Source of the DNA: Podarcis filfolensis
Taxonomy: Eukaryota
Direction: 5' to 3' (one strand)
Length of the DNA stretch: 64,000 bases
Assembly: GCA_964270895.1 (NCBI GenBank)
Contig: OZ185436.1
Shown here: positions 23,777 to 34,280 of the stretch, one piece after another
Numbering within the stretch: position 1 is the first letter of the stretch
How the letters are laid out: every line of letters starts with the position of its first letter
Translations under genes and position numbers: made by a program
Notes under the pieces: generated by a model
What the model saw: the letters and a program-made list of their open reading frames with translations, nothing else
Databases searched by the model: none
Told to the model about the DNA's origin: nothing

Positions 23777-26700
23777 CCACTCAGTGCTTTTGACTTTCAG
23801 TCATTTTTATTGGCGTATCCAATTTCCATCATTGCACTGATATTCTAAATTGATATTTAGAATATAACAAAGTCTTATTGACACAGAAATCTGCTCCGGC
23901 ACCAAAATTTGACATTAGCATTAGCACCAAAATGCCAGTGTCAAATATGAACTCCAAAATCTAAACTGATCACTGGGGGAGAAATAAGACCCATCAATTA
24001 ATCTATTACCTGCACGCTTAAGTGGCCTATTCTTGTCCAGGCAGAGTTACACTGCTGAAATGCTACTACCGTACTTCTGATTTGAAAGTCTCAGGAAATA
24101 ATACAGGTATCTTAAGCACCCCAGAAACCACACAATCTCTTAAATGCATAAAACAGGCCTGCAGAACCCAGGCTAAATGCAGTATGTCAGGTGAAAACCC
24201 TGGTCAATCAAAAAGTCTCCAGCCTTTGCTGCTTTCCTCAGGGTTGAAACCCAGGGAAGTTATGAAACAAAAATCAGATATAGCCACTGGACTGCATTCA
24301 GCTTCATGTGTCATTCTACAGGTCTGGCATCAGCAAAAGAAAAAGAATAAAAAAAGAAACAGAGGAACGAGGACAGAATGAGGATCTTACCTTTCTCAAT
24401 ACTGTATTTGGAAGTTTCCTTATTTTCTCCACATGTTCCGGGTTAACCCCCAGCTCACAGCAGCTCACTCTGAGCAATTCTTTGTAAGTCAGTTCTTGCC
24501 GATCCAGTTCAATTTCAATGAAATCGTTCTCTTTTAGAGTACGGTTTTGAACTCGGACCTTAAGCACCAGTTCTAATTTTAAAAGACACACACAACCACA
24601 ATTGTTAGGAGCATTAATAATAAGCACGTGGCAAATGTTATTGGGTAGTAATTAAATTTCAAAAGGTTGCCTTGTTTCCCTTTTGGCAATCCCTTTTTCT
24701 AACTTGTGAACCGCCCTGCAACTTGCGGGTATAGGGCGGTATACAAATTTAGTAAATAAATAATAACAATAACAGCTTCAACGTGATGCTTGCCATGGAG
24801 TAGCAATGAAGCTCCTGGACTAGAGATGGAGAACTTCAGCCCTCCAGACCTCTCTCTGAGCCTCAGAATGCTCCTCAGCCCTGCTTGTCACCTTCCTCAA
24901 GTGTATTTGCCTGGCTGCACGGTCTCCTTCAACTGTGATGCTTCTTGCTTGTCTGCGTAGAGCAAGGTGTGTGTGAGTAGATACTAACCTACTATACAAA
25001 GGTAGCATTTACATTCATTGATCTTCCCACTTCTCCCCAGGCCCTGCCCACCACTGGAATGTGGTCCAGAAGATAATGTAACTATTAAGCTGAAAAAGCT
25101 TCCCCACTCTGTGCTAGACCAAACCTACTATCACATGAAACCCTCGAATTGGGGGGGGGGCAGGGAGAGAGAGAGAGAGGCAGGCAATTGACAAGGTCCT
25201 TGAATATGCAGGTGCAGCCACAAAACACATTTCCGCTGTCATCAAACACGGCCCATGGTGTAACAGCAAATCTGCATCTTTTCACAGTTCAGCTTTGGGT
25301 GGTTGCTCTCATGGGGCCTGCATGATTATCAGGACCTCCATCAGAAAATGTGGACCAAGTCAACTATTGCTTGATGCTTGCAGAGCTGCCTAGCAGCGGC
25401 AGAAAAAAAGCGTGGATATAACCCTCCTCATGGCCATGCTCTCTCTGCCTTTAGCAGAAAGAACCAGCCTTAAGTATTTTTGCACTGTACGTTGCCTCAA
25501 TAAGGTTTTGAAGGCCCAAAACAATGAAATAAATAATATTACTTCGGTAATATGCCTAGATACACATTCAATTTAAGCAACAGCAATTAAGACAAATAAG
25601 CATTATTGTTTGTGGGGAAAGAGGTATCTATGGTATCCCTAATGATACACTATCATTTAGAGCTCAGGAATAACAACTTCAATAAATCAATTTTTCTATA
25701 TCTGCGATAGGCCAAACAAAAACAGTGAATTTATTTGGCGGGGGGATATAGAATCCATTTAGTTTAGTAACATAAGGAGCAATTTCTACTACTAAAATAT
25801 ACAGTGGTACCTCTGGGTGCGAACGGGATCCATTCCGGAGCCCAGTTCGCATCCAGAAGTGAACGCAACCCATGTGCGCGGATCACAATTTGCTGCTTCT
25901 GCGCATGAGCGTCACGTAATTTTGACCGTCTGCACATGCGCGAGCGGCGAAACCTGGAAGTAACGCGCTCCGTTACTTCTGGGTCGCCGCAGCACGCAAC
26001 CCGAAAATACTTATCTTGAAGCTACTTCAACCCGAGGTATGACTGTACTGCCACTTATATAATCAATAGGCAATGGGTACGAGTTCTGTAAATCCACAGC
26101 AGTGACCATCCTCTGCTTGGTGTGAGAGGGAATAATTTAGCACTATTCAACGCTCATATGAATGTGCCTGGGGGCAGTGATCATGATTGGGCTCACCCAA
26201 GCACATTTGATAACATGTCTGGAAATAATTGCCATATGTAGGCTCTTCCCATGTGATTCGAGGACTCTGCCTGTTTGACAGATATATAAATTGTGCAGAC
26301 ACGGCCTAAACGCAGTTTTATCTCCCCATAGATTTTCCAGACATTACATTTAATGCACATAGTGTTTAGTTAGGGCTGCCTTCCCTCTTCTGTACACCTT
26401 CAGACAAATGTCTGATTAGTGCTTATGCGACTGTTTCCCAGGCAGCTAGAAAACGCCCCCAGAAACTTTGGGGGATTTCATTTAGGGATCACTGTCTTGA
26501 CCACTAGGTTGTATGAAGTGTCAGAAAATTTAGGAAGAGACTTCTGACAATGGAAGATTATAAACCCAACCAAACGCTGCGCTAATTGATTTGTTATCCT
26601 GTCCAATTTCTGTTCAATCTACACACAGTTTTTATTCTAATTGTTTTCACCAAAAGGCAGCACTAAGTTATCTTGAAAGCTTAACAGCTGAGGTTACCTT

Positions 26701-29700
26701 GCATGTTACTAAGGGGGAATGTTCCGGTGAAGAAAAAGGGCTGAAATGTTGGGACAGGTCCAGCACAGGAACCATTTGGTGGCTGTGTTTCAGGCTGTTT
26801 AGCTGCAACAGGGGAAGAGAGCGTCCTGTTTGGAGGAAGAGGCATCTGGTGACCGTGACCATTCTGGACTGCAGGCTCTGGGGATTCCACTGCCATTGCC
26901 CTTGTCATGTCCCCATTGGACCCCAGAGGGGAAAGCTTTTCATGCTGCAACATGGTAGTGCCAGGTGCCTGAACTTGAGGTAAAGAAATGGGGCAGTCTT
27001 CATTGTGTTGTTCTAAGGAAGGGGAAAGTCTTCCATTCAAAGAGGAAGCTGAGGTGCTGGTAGTGCTGCTACTCATGGAGTTATACACATAAGGGAAAGG
27101 TGGGTTAGCCAAGTAATTGGGGATAATGGGCAAGGCGGAATCTTTCTTCTCATCCGGAAGCTCCTCAGCATCTTCCACTGCAAAATAAAGAATAGCTCTA
27201 AATAAAGGCAATTTCCAACTAAACATTGGTGAGTAACCTGGCAGGGGAGAGAGAGACAGAACTAGCACTGCTAAGCTAGCTGTACATGTTAAAATTACAA
27301 TGTGCACATAAAAATATATTAAGCATTTCTAACGCTATAATAAAATGCAATCATTTGATACTTCTATTATGCAGTTAGATATTAAATTAAATGTCACAAA
27401 AATTATCCCTGCACATCCCCACCTGGGATTAACGAGGGGCTACATTTTTAACCAAGTCAAAGTTCAGCAATCAATTTTTGATGGTTACAGTCTTCCTTTT
27501 TCCAAATCACTATCTGTACACATCAATGCTGATTCTAGCGAAAGGATTAAAGGAGACTTGGGGGAGAAAGTTACAAGGGCAGGAAGATCATACTGTTTCA
27601 TCTTCATTGAATCACTATGGATTCCCTTCGGCACCAAAATATTCTTGACAGTTATTAGCATCAACCGATCATTTTACCTCCCAGCATCTTCCTAATTTCC
27701 CTCTTTGATGTTAACTGGGCTGGTGTTTCTTCTTTAACAGTCAGAGCGTCTTTATCAGCGCCAGCATGTAGCAAGTACGATACCACTTGAGCATGGTTCC
27801 GTTTGCAGGCCCAATGCAAGCAAGTCCTGCACAAGGCAAATGTAACAGCTAAGTTTGGGGGTTGCAAACACACTACATTAAATAAAAACAAAAACTGATG
27901 TACTGTATTCGTTGAAAAATAATGACAGCCTACCTTAAGCTGAGCAGTTTTGCTAGTCTTACAGATTTTTTATATTTCTTATACATTCCTATAGTGACAC
28001 CTACTGGCAGAATCCTTCCCTATTGTAAATCACAGCGCTTCAAAGTTCATTACAGTACTTCTAGTTTCACAGCTTTCACATGCAGTTCTCTAGCAGCAAG
28101 GCCAAAGAGATGAGCCCACACTCTAAACTTCCAATATCTGGGGCACACTTAAAAACAACAACAACTGAATTAAGATTTGAGGCACATTTCCCCTTCCTGG
28201 CAAAACAAACAAACCAAAACCCATTTTTAGAAAGGATTTCACTGATTTAATGCAATTACCTAATTTACTTAAGTTGACAAGGTATAAATACAAAACATTT
28301 ATTTCCTCCCCCTCCAAACAACATCTCAGTGTAACAGCAAACTACTGTATTGATAAAGGCAGTCTTGCATACACCCAAATCCACAGTCAGGCAATACCTT
28401 CGTAAACAGAATTCTTGTGTTCAAATCTAGTGTATTTGGGATGATTTGGATAAAAAGGCACTGAACTTTTTCCTTTTGTATGTCTGCAAACCGTGGGAGT
28501 TTCCCATAGTCTGCTGCTGTGTGCGGATGGCACCAGGGTGACTACAAAAGGATCCACACACACTAATTGGCTATGCAAATATGAAGAATGGTGATAATTA
28601 AAGCTCCAGTGGGGCAGGGGAGACCTCCTCCTGCAACCCTGTATGGTTTATTACCTTGCCCCTTTCCAAACAACGTCCAGTGAGGTATCTGAAGAAGTGT
28701 GCATGCACACGAAAGCTCATACCAAGAACTAACTTAGTTGGTCTTTAAGGTGCTACTGGAAGGAAAAAAAATTTTTGTTTTGTCAGTGAGGGCAAGTAAT
28801 TCTTCTGCACCTTTGAAGCAACTGAAGCTGGACCATCCAATCAAGACTCAGGGTTTATCTACACGTCCTGCTGCAGGGCAAGGGGAAAACTGAACCCACG
28901 TCTAGAAAACCGCTTGGACCCATGCTTTCTAGGTACAGCACAAGCATAAGTGTGGGCAAGCCTATAGTGATGTTGACCTTTTCAAGCATGGCCCCCCTAC
29001 TATCCTGCAAAACTGCTATTTCTTTGTTTAGTGCATTTGTCTACCTTCTTTCTTCCAAGATGCTCAAAACAGCACACATCAGGTTAACCTATTTTTATCT
29101 TAAGAGCAACCCAATAAAGTAGGTTATGCTGAGTGTAAGACCATCCAGTGAGATGCCTAAGTGAGCAAGGATTTGATTCCAAGTCTCTATAATCTACCGG
29201 TAAATTCAACGCTTTTTCCAGTTCAACAAATAGTGCCCAGTTATGCAGTGCCAAAAAACTATGCAGGCATAATTGAAAAGGACATAGATTTCCATATGAT
29301 AACGTATATGCATTGATGCAGGTTTAGAATAATTACTATAATTTAAAATATATACAATGCATCTCAGTCTAGACGAGAAACTACAATCAAGTGACCCATT
29401 TGTCTGCTGTCCAGTTGTTGATGGAGTAATGTCAAAGCTCTTGCCCTCCTTCATTCAAGTTCATCTTTAAACCAAACTTGGACTTGACAGCCCTTCAAAC
29501 AGAGGAGGACACCTTCAAATAGAATCCTGTCCTCTCTAAAGCAGGACACTTGGTCACCCTAGTTCATTACTACTTATTTTATCTCAGTGTGCTCTCAAGA
29601 TTCTTTTTAAAATATTACTTCTGCTGCAAAAGGTCACAGATCATTGAAATAAAAACCATTTCCATTATAAAGCTATTCTCTTTCAGAACCATATGGTTGA

Positions 29701-30654
29701 TTTTGAGACTACTGCAGTATTAGACTTTGTTAAATGGTCAGCGAAGCCATATAGCTCTAACCAATGTTAAACTTTCTGTATTTTCTAACATATTTAGTAT
29801 ACAATACTGATTTTGCGATTGTCAATAGTTTACTGTACAGTACTGTACTATAATTCTCTGGTATATTAATATTTATAACTACATTAATATTGTTAGAATT
29901 TTTCTCTCCAGTGTGCAGTTATCTATCATTGTATCATTCTGACAAAGTTTTGCTGTATTCTTCTACTCTGAACAAATCTCAAAACAATTTTGTGCCACAT
30001 GCAAATCTCACTAATTCACTCCTTCCCTTTCCAAAACAACTTCATGCCACACCAAAATCACAATACGTTTCCATAAGACCAACCAACAAGAGTAGAAGAA
30101 AAGAAAGCACAGTGGCCATACATTCAATTTATATTACAAAAAAATGATAACTTTTACTTTATGAGAACTGTTAGAAATATAAGAATATAATTGCTAAAAT
30201 GTGAGATTCACCTCACAAAAGCCAACCAAAGAGAAAGGCACTTGTGATCTAACAAGCAGACAACCAGATCTCGTCAGTGTGATGTAGACACTGCTAACAA
30301 GATTAAAATAAACTTTTGAACACTATAAAACGTAACAGCAAATGCATTGTCTGACCCTCCTTTTAGAAATTTTAGAAGGGATGAATAGCAAGAAGAAAAG
30401 ACTTGTAAAATATCACTCCAAACTAAGTAACCAAGTCTACCACACACCGCTCTCTGAAAATGCCAATACGTATGGCATTGCCCAAAAGCTGCCGATGCAA
30501 TTCACTTGCTAAATGCTCACCAGCCGTTGATTTCGTTTTGAGAGTTCACACTGACGCCACATTCCACCAATCGCTGAACTTCTTCAACATCCCCCAAAGC
30601 AGCGGCTTCTCTCAGTCGCTCCTGAAGCTCTTTTTCCTCTGCTGCAGAGCTCAT
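19815..30654 (-). CDS. ANKRD40: ANKRD40 ankyrin repeat domain protein 40, 363 aa: complement(join(19815-19961,24391-24572,26698-27177,27678-27826,30521-30654))
   Basis: Five GT-AG exons, 1092 nt in frame. N-terminus MSSAAEEKELQERLREAAALGDV...NGWTCLHWACKRNH (ankyrin repeats); C-terminus ELVLKVRVQN...ERPCYNKKASKLTY*. Lies between ABCC3 and LUC7L3 as in human. Confidence 0.95.
22200..23095 (+). mobile_element. Decayed CR1 LINE 3' region (RT remnant to 3' tail)
   Basis: Translates to YLNSSRAFDNVPYATLTSKL...WL and ..PQGS.LG-like RT motifs; ends gttggacc...ccttccaactcta. Confidence 0.6.
23722..23774. repeat. (AG)n microsatellite, about 26 units
   Basis: Direct observation. Confidence 0.97.
24391..24572 (-). 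CDS. ANKRD40: ANKRD40 exon 4 (ELVLKVRVQNRTLKENDFIEIEL...VLRK)
   Basis: attag|AACT...AAAG|gtaaga, 182 nt. Confidence 0.95.
25802..26045. mobile_element. Tc1/mariner MITE (second family) with TA TSD
   Basis: TA|CAGTGGTACCTC ... GAGGTATGACTG|TA; CpG-rich interior. Confidence 0.75.
26698..27177 (-). CDS. ANKRD40: ANKRD40 exon 3 (Pro/Ser-rich linker, VEDAEEL...FTGTFPLSNMQ)
   Basis: tgcag|TGG...CAAG|gtaacc, 480 nt, open. Confidence 0.92.
27678..27826 (-). CDS. ANKRD40: ANKRD40 exon 2 (TCLHWACKRNHAQVV...RKMLG)
   Basis: tgcag|GACT...GGAG|gtaaaa, 149 nt. Confidence 0.95.
28684..28723 (+). ncRNA. Minimal type-I hammerhead ribozyme motif
   Basis: GGTAT / CTGAAGA / A / GTGTGCATGCACAC / GAAA / GC / TC / ATACC: stem I, catalytic core, stem II, GAAA, minimal palindromic helix III, UC cleavage site. 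Confidence 0.6.
28686..28783 (+). mobile_element. Penelope-like terminal-repeat fragment (single copy) with 8-bp flanking direct repeat CAGTGAGG
   Basis: Near-identical to the right arm of the 7659 element; CAGTGAGG at 28678-28685 and 28784-28791. Confidence 0.7.
30521..30654 (-). CDS. ANKRD40: ANKRD40 exon 1 (MSSAAEEKELQERLREAAALG...EINGW)
   Basis: ATG at 30654; donor CTG|gtgagc; 134 nt. Confidence 0.93.
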
Positions 30655-30689
30655 GTTACAAAATTATCTTTGCAGTAAAACTTTGGGAT

Positions 30690-31000
30690 TGTCGAATGGA
30701 GCCGCCTACTGCGAACGACGGATCATTTTATAAAACTAGTCCATCAGAGGGAGGAAGAATCCGATCCGTCCTGAAAGAAAAGTCTCACGCCTTAGTCCTT
30801 TTTCATCTTAAACTCATATGCAGCTGTTTCCTACCTATGGCTCATAAATCAAACAGTTTCACATTTCTGAAGGCCATTTTTCCCTAATTGCATAGTCTAG
30901 AGCGGATACGGCTTCCTCCTTCTCGCAGGGGGACTCTATTAAGTGAGACAACAGTGACCTAGATATTTAGTTCCTACCAACAGTCCGGCACGCGAACATT
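30690..31000 (-). promoter_or_regulatory. ANKRD40 proximal promoter/5'UTR region, moderately CpG-enriched, with TATA-like TATAAAA at 30726-30732
   Basis: Local rise in CpG immediately upstream of the ATG; TATA-like motif about 75 nt upstream of the ATG. Confidence 0.4.
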
Positions 31001-32787
31001 CACGCGCTCCTGCAATCTTGCAGAACACTTTCATTCCCCCCCCCCCCATTTGCTCATACGGGTTGCTATTTAAAATATAAGCAGTCTTTCTCGCCATCAC
31101 TACTTTATACCACAACCTATCCCAACTCCAGATCTCTCTGCATTTTTTTGCTTGTGCTTCCACTGAAAATGATCGTCAGTTTCCCTCCCTTCCCCGGCGG
31201 CAGATTCCTAGCGCGATGTACGCTGCGAACAAATCTGTTAACACTACTGATCCAAACGTATTAAAACCGTGAGCCAGTTCCTTGCAAAACAGGAAGCTCG
31301 GCTTAAAAAAGGTATGAGGCGTCGAGAGATGATGTTGGAGCCCAGAAAAAAAAGTGTAGCAGTTCTAAACGGATACAGCGGTAAATCTAAAACAGCTAAA
31401 TATAATGTAGAGCAGCCCTTTTGAAATATTGGACTTGGTAAATTTATGTCTCCCCAGTAATCTGCCAATGCTGTCCCCAGTTTTATTACAATGTGCACAT
31501 TTTGTAATATAATTAAGGTTTCTTAGAGTCCATGTTACAGATTGCTTCTTAAAATGGAACAGGAGAGTGCTTGCTGTCTGAATTATGATGGCCAGACACA
31601 CAGGGCAGCAGTTTCCCAGTTGGGGCGTTATAGTCATGGAATGCTCTCCTAAGGGAAAACCACCCAAGTCCATCACTACTGGCCTGTCCCATTACTTAAC
31701 GTATTTTAGTGGAGTAGGACCGATTCACTGTTTTGACAGTTTGTGGGGGGGAGGTTCTGCCTGAGGTGCACTTTCCCTATTTTGGTTGTGTTTTTTTAAT
31801 GATTCATTATTGTTTAAGGTGCCTAGTAGTCTTTTTAAAAAAGAAAGGTGGGGCATAAATATATTCATAAAATATGGGAAAATAAATAATATAAACAAAA
31901 CTTTAGTGCCAAGTTCCTTCTAGCAGTAAAACAAATACGTACCATTGTTTTGCAGGATAATTAATGGTTAAGATTTTGTGTTCTGCTTTTGTTTTAATGA
32001 TACTGTTTTTGCATTGAACACTGTACTATGATTGCATAATAAAAGTTCACATTGATTGATCCAGAAGCAAACACTTGCCCAGACCTAACAGACATTTTAC
32101 AACTAAAATAAAACGCTTCAAACCCTGGGAATACTAAGAAATTTACTTGGAATGGGTGGGATTCTCCATGAAAAAAATTTGTGTGTTTTTTTCACAGGTA
32201 CGTAGATATGATAGGCAGAGAAGCCCTTAGAGAACAAAAGGTTGGCAACTCACATAAACAAGGAGCCAAACATGACTTCCCTTCCGTATCTCCTTCACAA
32301 AGTTAAGACAGTACTTGCCTGATGATAGTTCTCTTTTTGGGGAAATTCTGACTTAACTCAGAAGCATATCCCATTATGCTCAGGACTAGTGTTTAGGATT
32401 GCAGTCTGAGTCTCATGTACTCAGAAACAAAAACTGGCCATGTTTTATAAAGTGATTGTTTTATGATTCTGTCTCACAGCATGAGACTATTTTTTTTAAG
32501 TACTCCTTGTCAAACAAGTATTTAATTCTTTTGTATTATTGAGCTGTGGGGTAACACCTACGCACTGCCTTTCCCATTGGGGTTCTAATAGTAACAGGTG
32601 CAGGACTATTTTTGAAGGTTCGTTAAGCAAATGTGGGACCAGAGGATTATTTAAAACAAAGCTGAATAGAACCATTGTTTGTGTATTGAGGCTCTGAGAG
32701 GCTTGGGTAACGGGATTTCGATTTTATAGTTTGTATAGGTGGAAGGGACCACAAAAGTAATCTTTTGCTCAAACCCATGACCTAGAT

Positions 32788-33040
32788 CATGGGTAGGCAA
32801 GCTAAGGCCCAGGGGCCGGATCCGGCCCAATCACCTTCTAAATCCAGCCCACGGATGGTCTGGGAATCAGCATGTTTTTACATGAGTAGAATGTGTGCTT
32901 TTATTTAAAATGCATCTCTGGGTTATTTGTGGGGCATAGGAATTCATTCATTTTTTTCAAAAAAAAATAATAGTCCGGCCCCCCACAAGGTCTGAGGGAC
33001 AGTGGACTGGCCCCCTGCTGAAAAAGTTTGCTGACCCCTG
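32788..33040. mobile_element. hAT (Charlie-like) MITE, 253 bp, with perfect 8-bp TSD ACCTAGAT
   Basis: TIRs CATGGGTAGGCAA / TTTGCTGACCCCTG; TSD at 32780-32787 and 33041-33048 with central TA. Confidence 0.85.
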
Positions 33041-33339
33041 ACCTAGATTAAGATTCTCCTGTTCCACCCACCAAGCTATCTCCTCTATTTGTCACTTTTT
33101 ATTTTCTTTCAGAAACGAAAACTCAAGTGGCTTACAAAAAATAGAGACTTAAAATACAGCAATTGTTATATATAGAAGAGCAGATCAAGTCATTTCAAAA
33201 ATTTATTTCGCGAATTCTATGAAGAGGTTGCAAAATCATGGGCATTTCTATTAATAAGAGGGGATGCTCTGTGCAAAACTGAACGCTGCTCGGTCTTGAA
33301 GGCGGAGGACACTCTCTTTTATAACGGGCTGCTCTAGTC

Positions 33340-34280
33340 AGGAGTAACTGTCAGCTTGCGCCTTCGCAATCAAAGAGGAAAAGAAGGCTGCGCAGGTGCA
33401 CCTCCCACGACTCCCTCCCCCGCGCCCCCAGGCGAGACCCGCGCGCAGGCGAGCGCCAGGCCTGGGCCACAGGACCCTGGGCGGTTGCGCGAGATCTGCG
33501 CGGTGCATTGTGGGGGACGCCCTGGGCTTGAGGGTGCCGCCATTTTGTCTCTGTCACTCTCGTCAGCGGCGCGGTTTGGGTGTTATTGTAGGAGGGGGGG
33601 CGGGCGGAGGCGGCGGCGGCGGGAAGGAAAGAAAGCGCTGGAGGCCGCGGCGGAGAGGCCGGACTTGACGAGCGGGGCATCATGATTTCGGCCGCCCAAC
33701 TTCTGGACGAGCTTATGGGCCGGGACAGGAACCTGGCCCCGGATGAAAAGCGCAGCAACGTGCGGTGGGACCACGATAGCGTGAGTATGGCCGAGACGCG
33801 GCCTCCTCCTCCTCTATCGCCGGCCCTCGCTTGGTCGAGGCCCTATTGCGCGCGCTTTGGGGGACGGAGGTAAAGTGGAGGGGAGAGAAGATGGGCCAGT
33901 TAACAGGACGAGGAACAGGTTTACCTGGCGGAGACCCTAAAATGGGGAGGAGGAGGAGGAGCCGCTCCGCTATTAACTGCTAGAATAGCTTGCAGGCAAA
34001 GAGGTGAAGGCACCTTAAGGTCCTGCGCAGCGGGTAGCGGGCGCGATGGGCAGGGAGCCTCGAAAAGGCTTTCCGGGAGGAAAACGGGGTTTCGTTTCGC
34101 GGCCTTGGGGGTTGAAGGACAAACAAGGAAAGGTTGTACCCCCGTTATGTTCACGCTGAGGATTTGTGGTTGAAGCGAACAAGAGCTAAACCTCTGGATC
34201 TGGGGCGTCTGCCTTTGGGGGGGGGCGCACGGAGAGGGAGATTTGAGGCCTTTGGGGAGGGCGAGGCACCCGCTGCTCTA
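33340..34280 (+). promoter_or_regulatory. CpG island spanning LUC7L3 promoter, exon 1 and start of intron 1
   Basis: Obvious GC/CpG-rich block against AT-rich background; YY1-type motif CCGCCATTTT at 33537-33546. Confidence 0.85.
33682..33780 (+). CDS. LUC7L3: LUC7L3 exon 1 CDS (MISAAQLL...WDHDS)
   Basis: gcatcATG...AGC|gtgagt, 99 nt. Confidence 0.95.

Noticed and set aside
33351-33774. Several overlapping ORFs in the CpG island
   Set aside because: Stop-poor GC-rich sequence; only 33682-33780 is supported as coding
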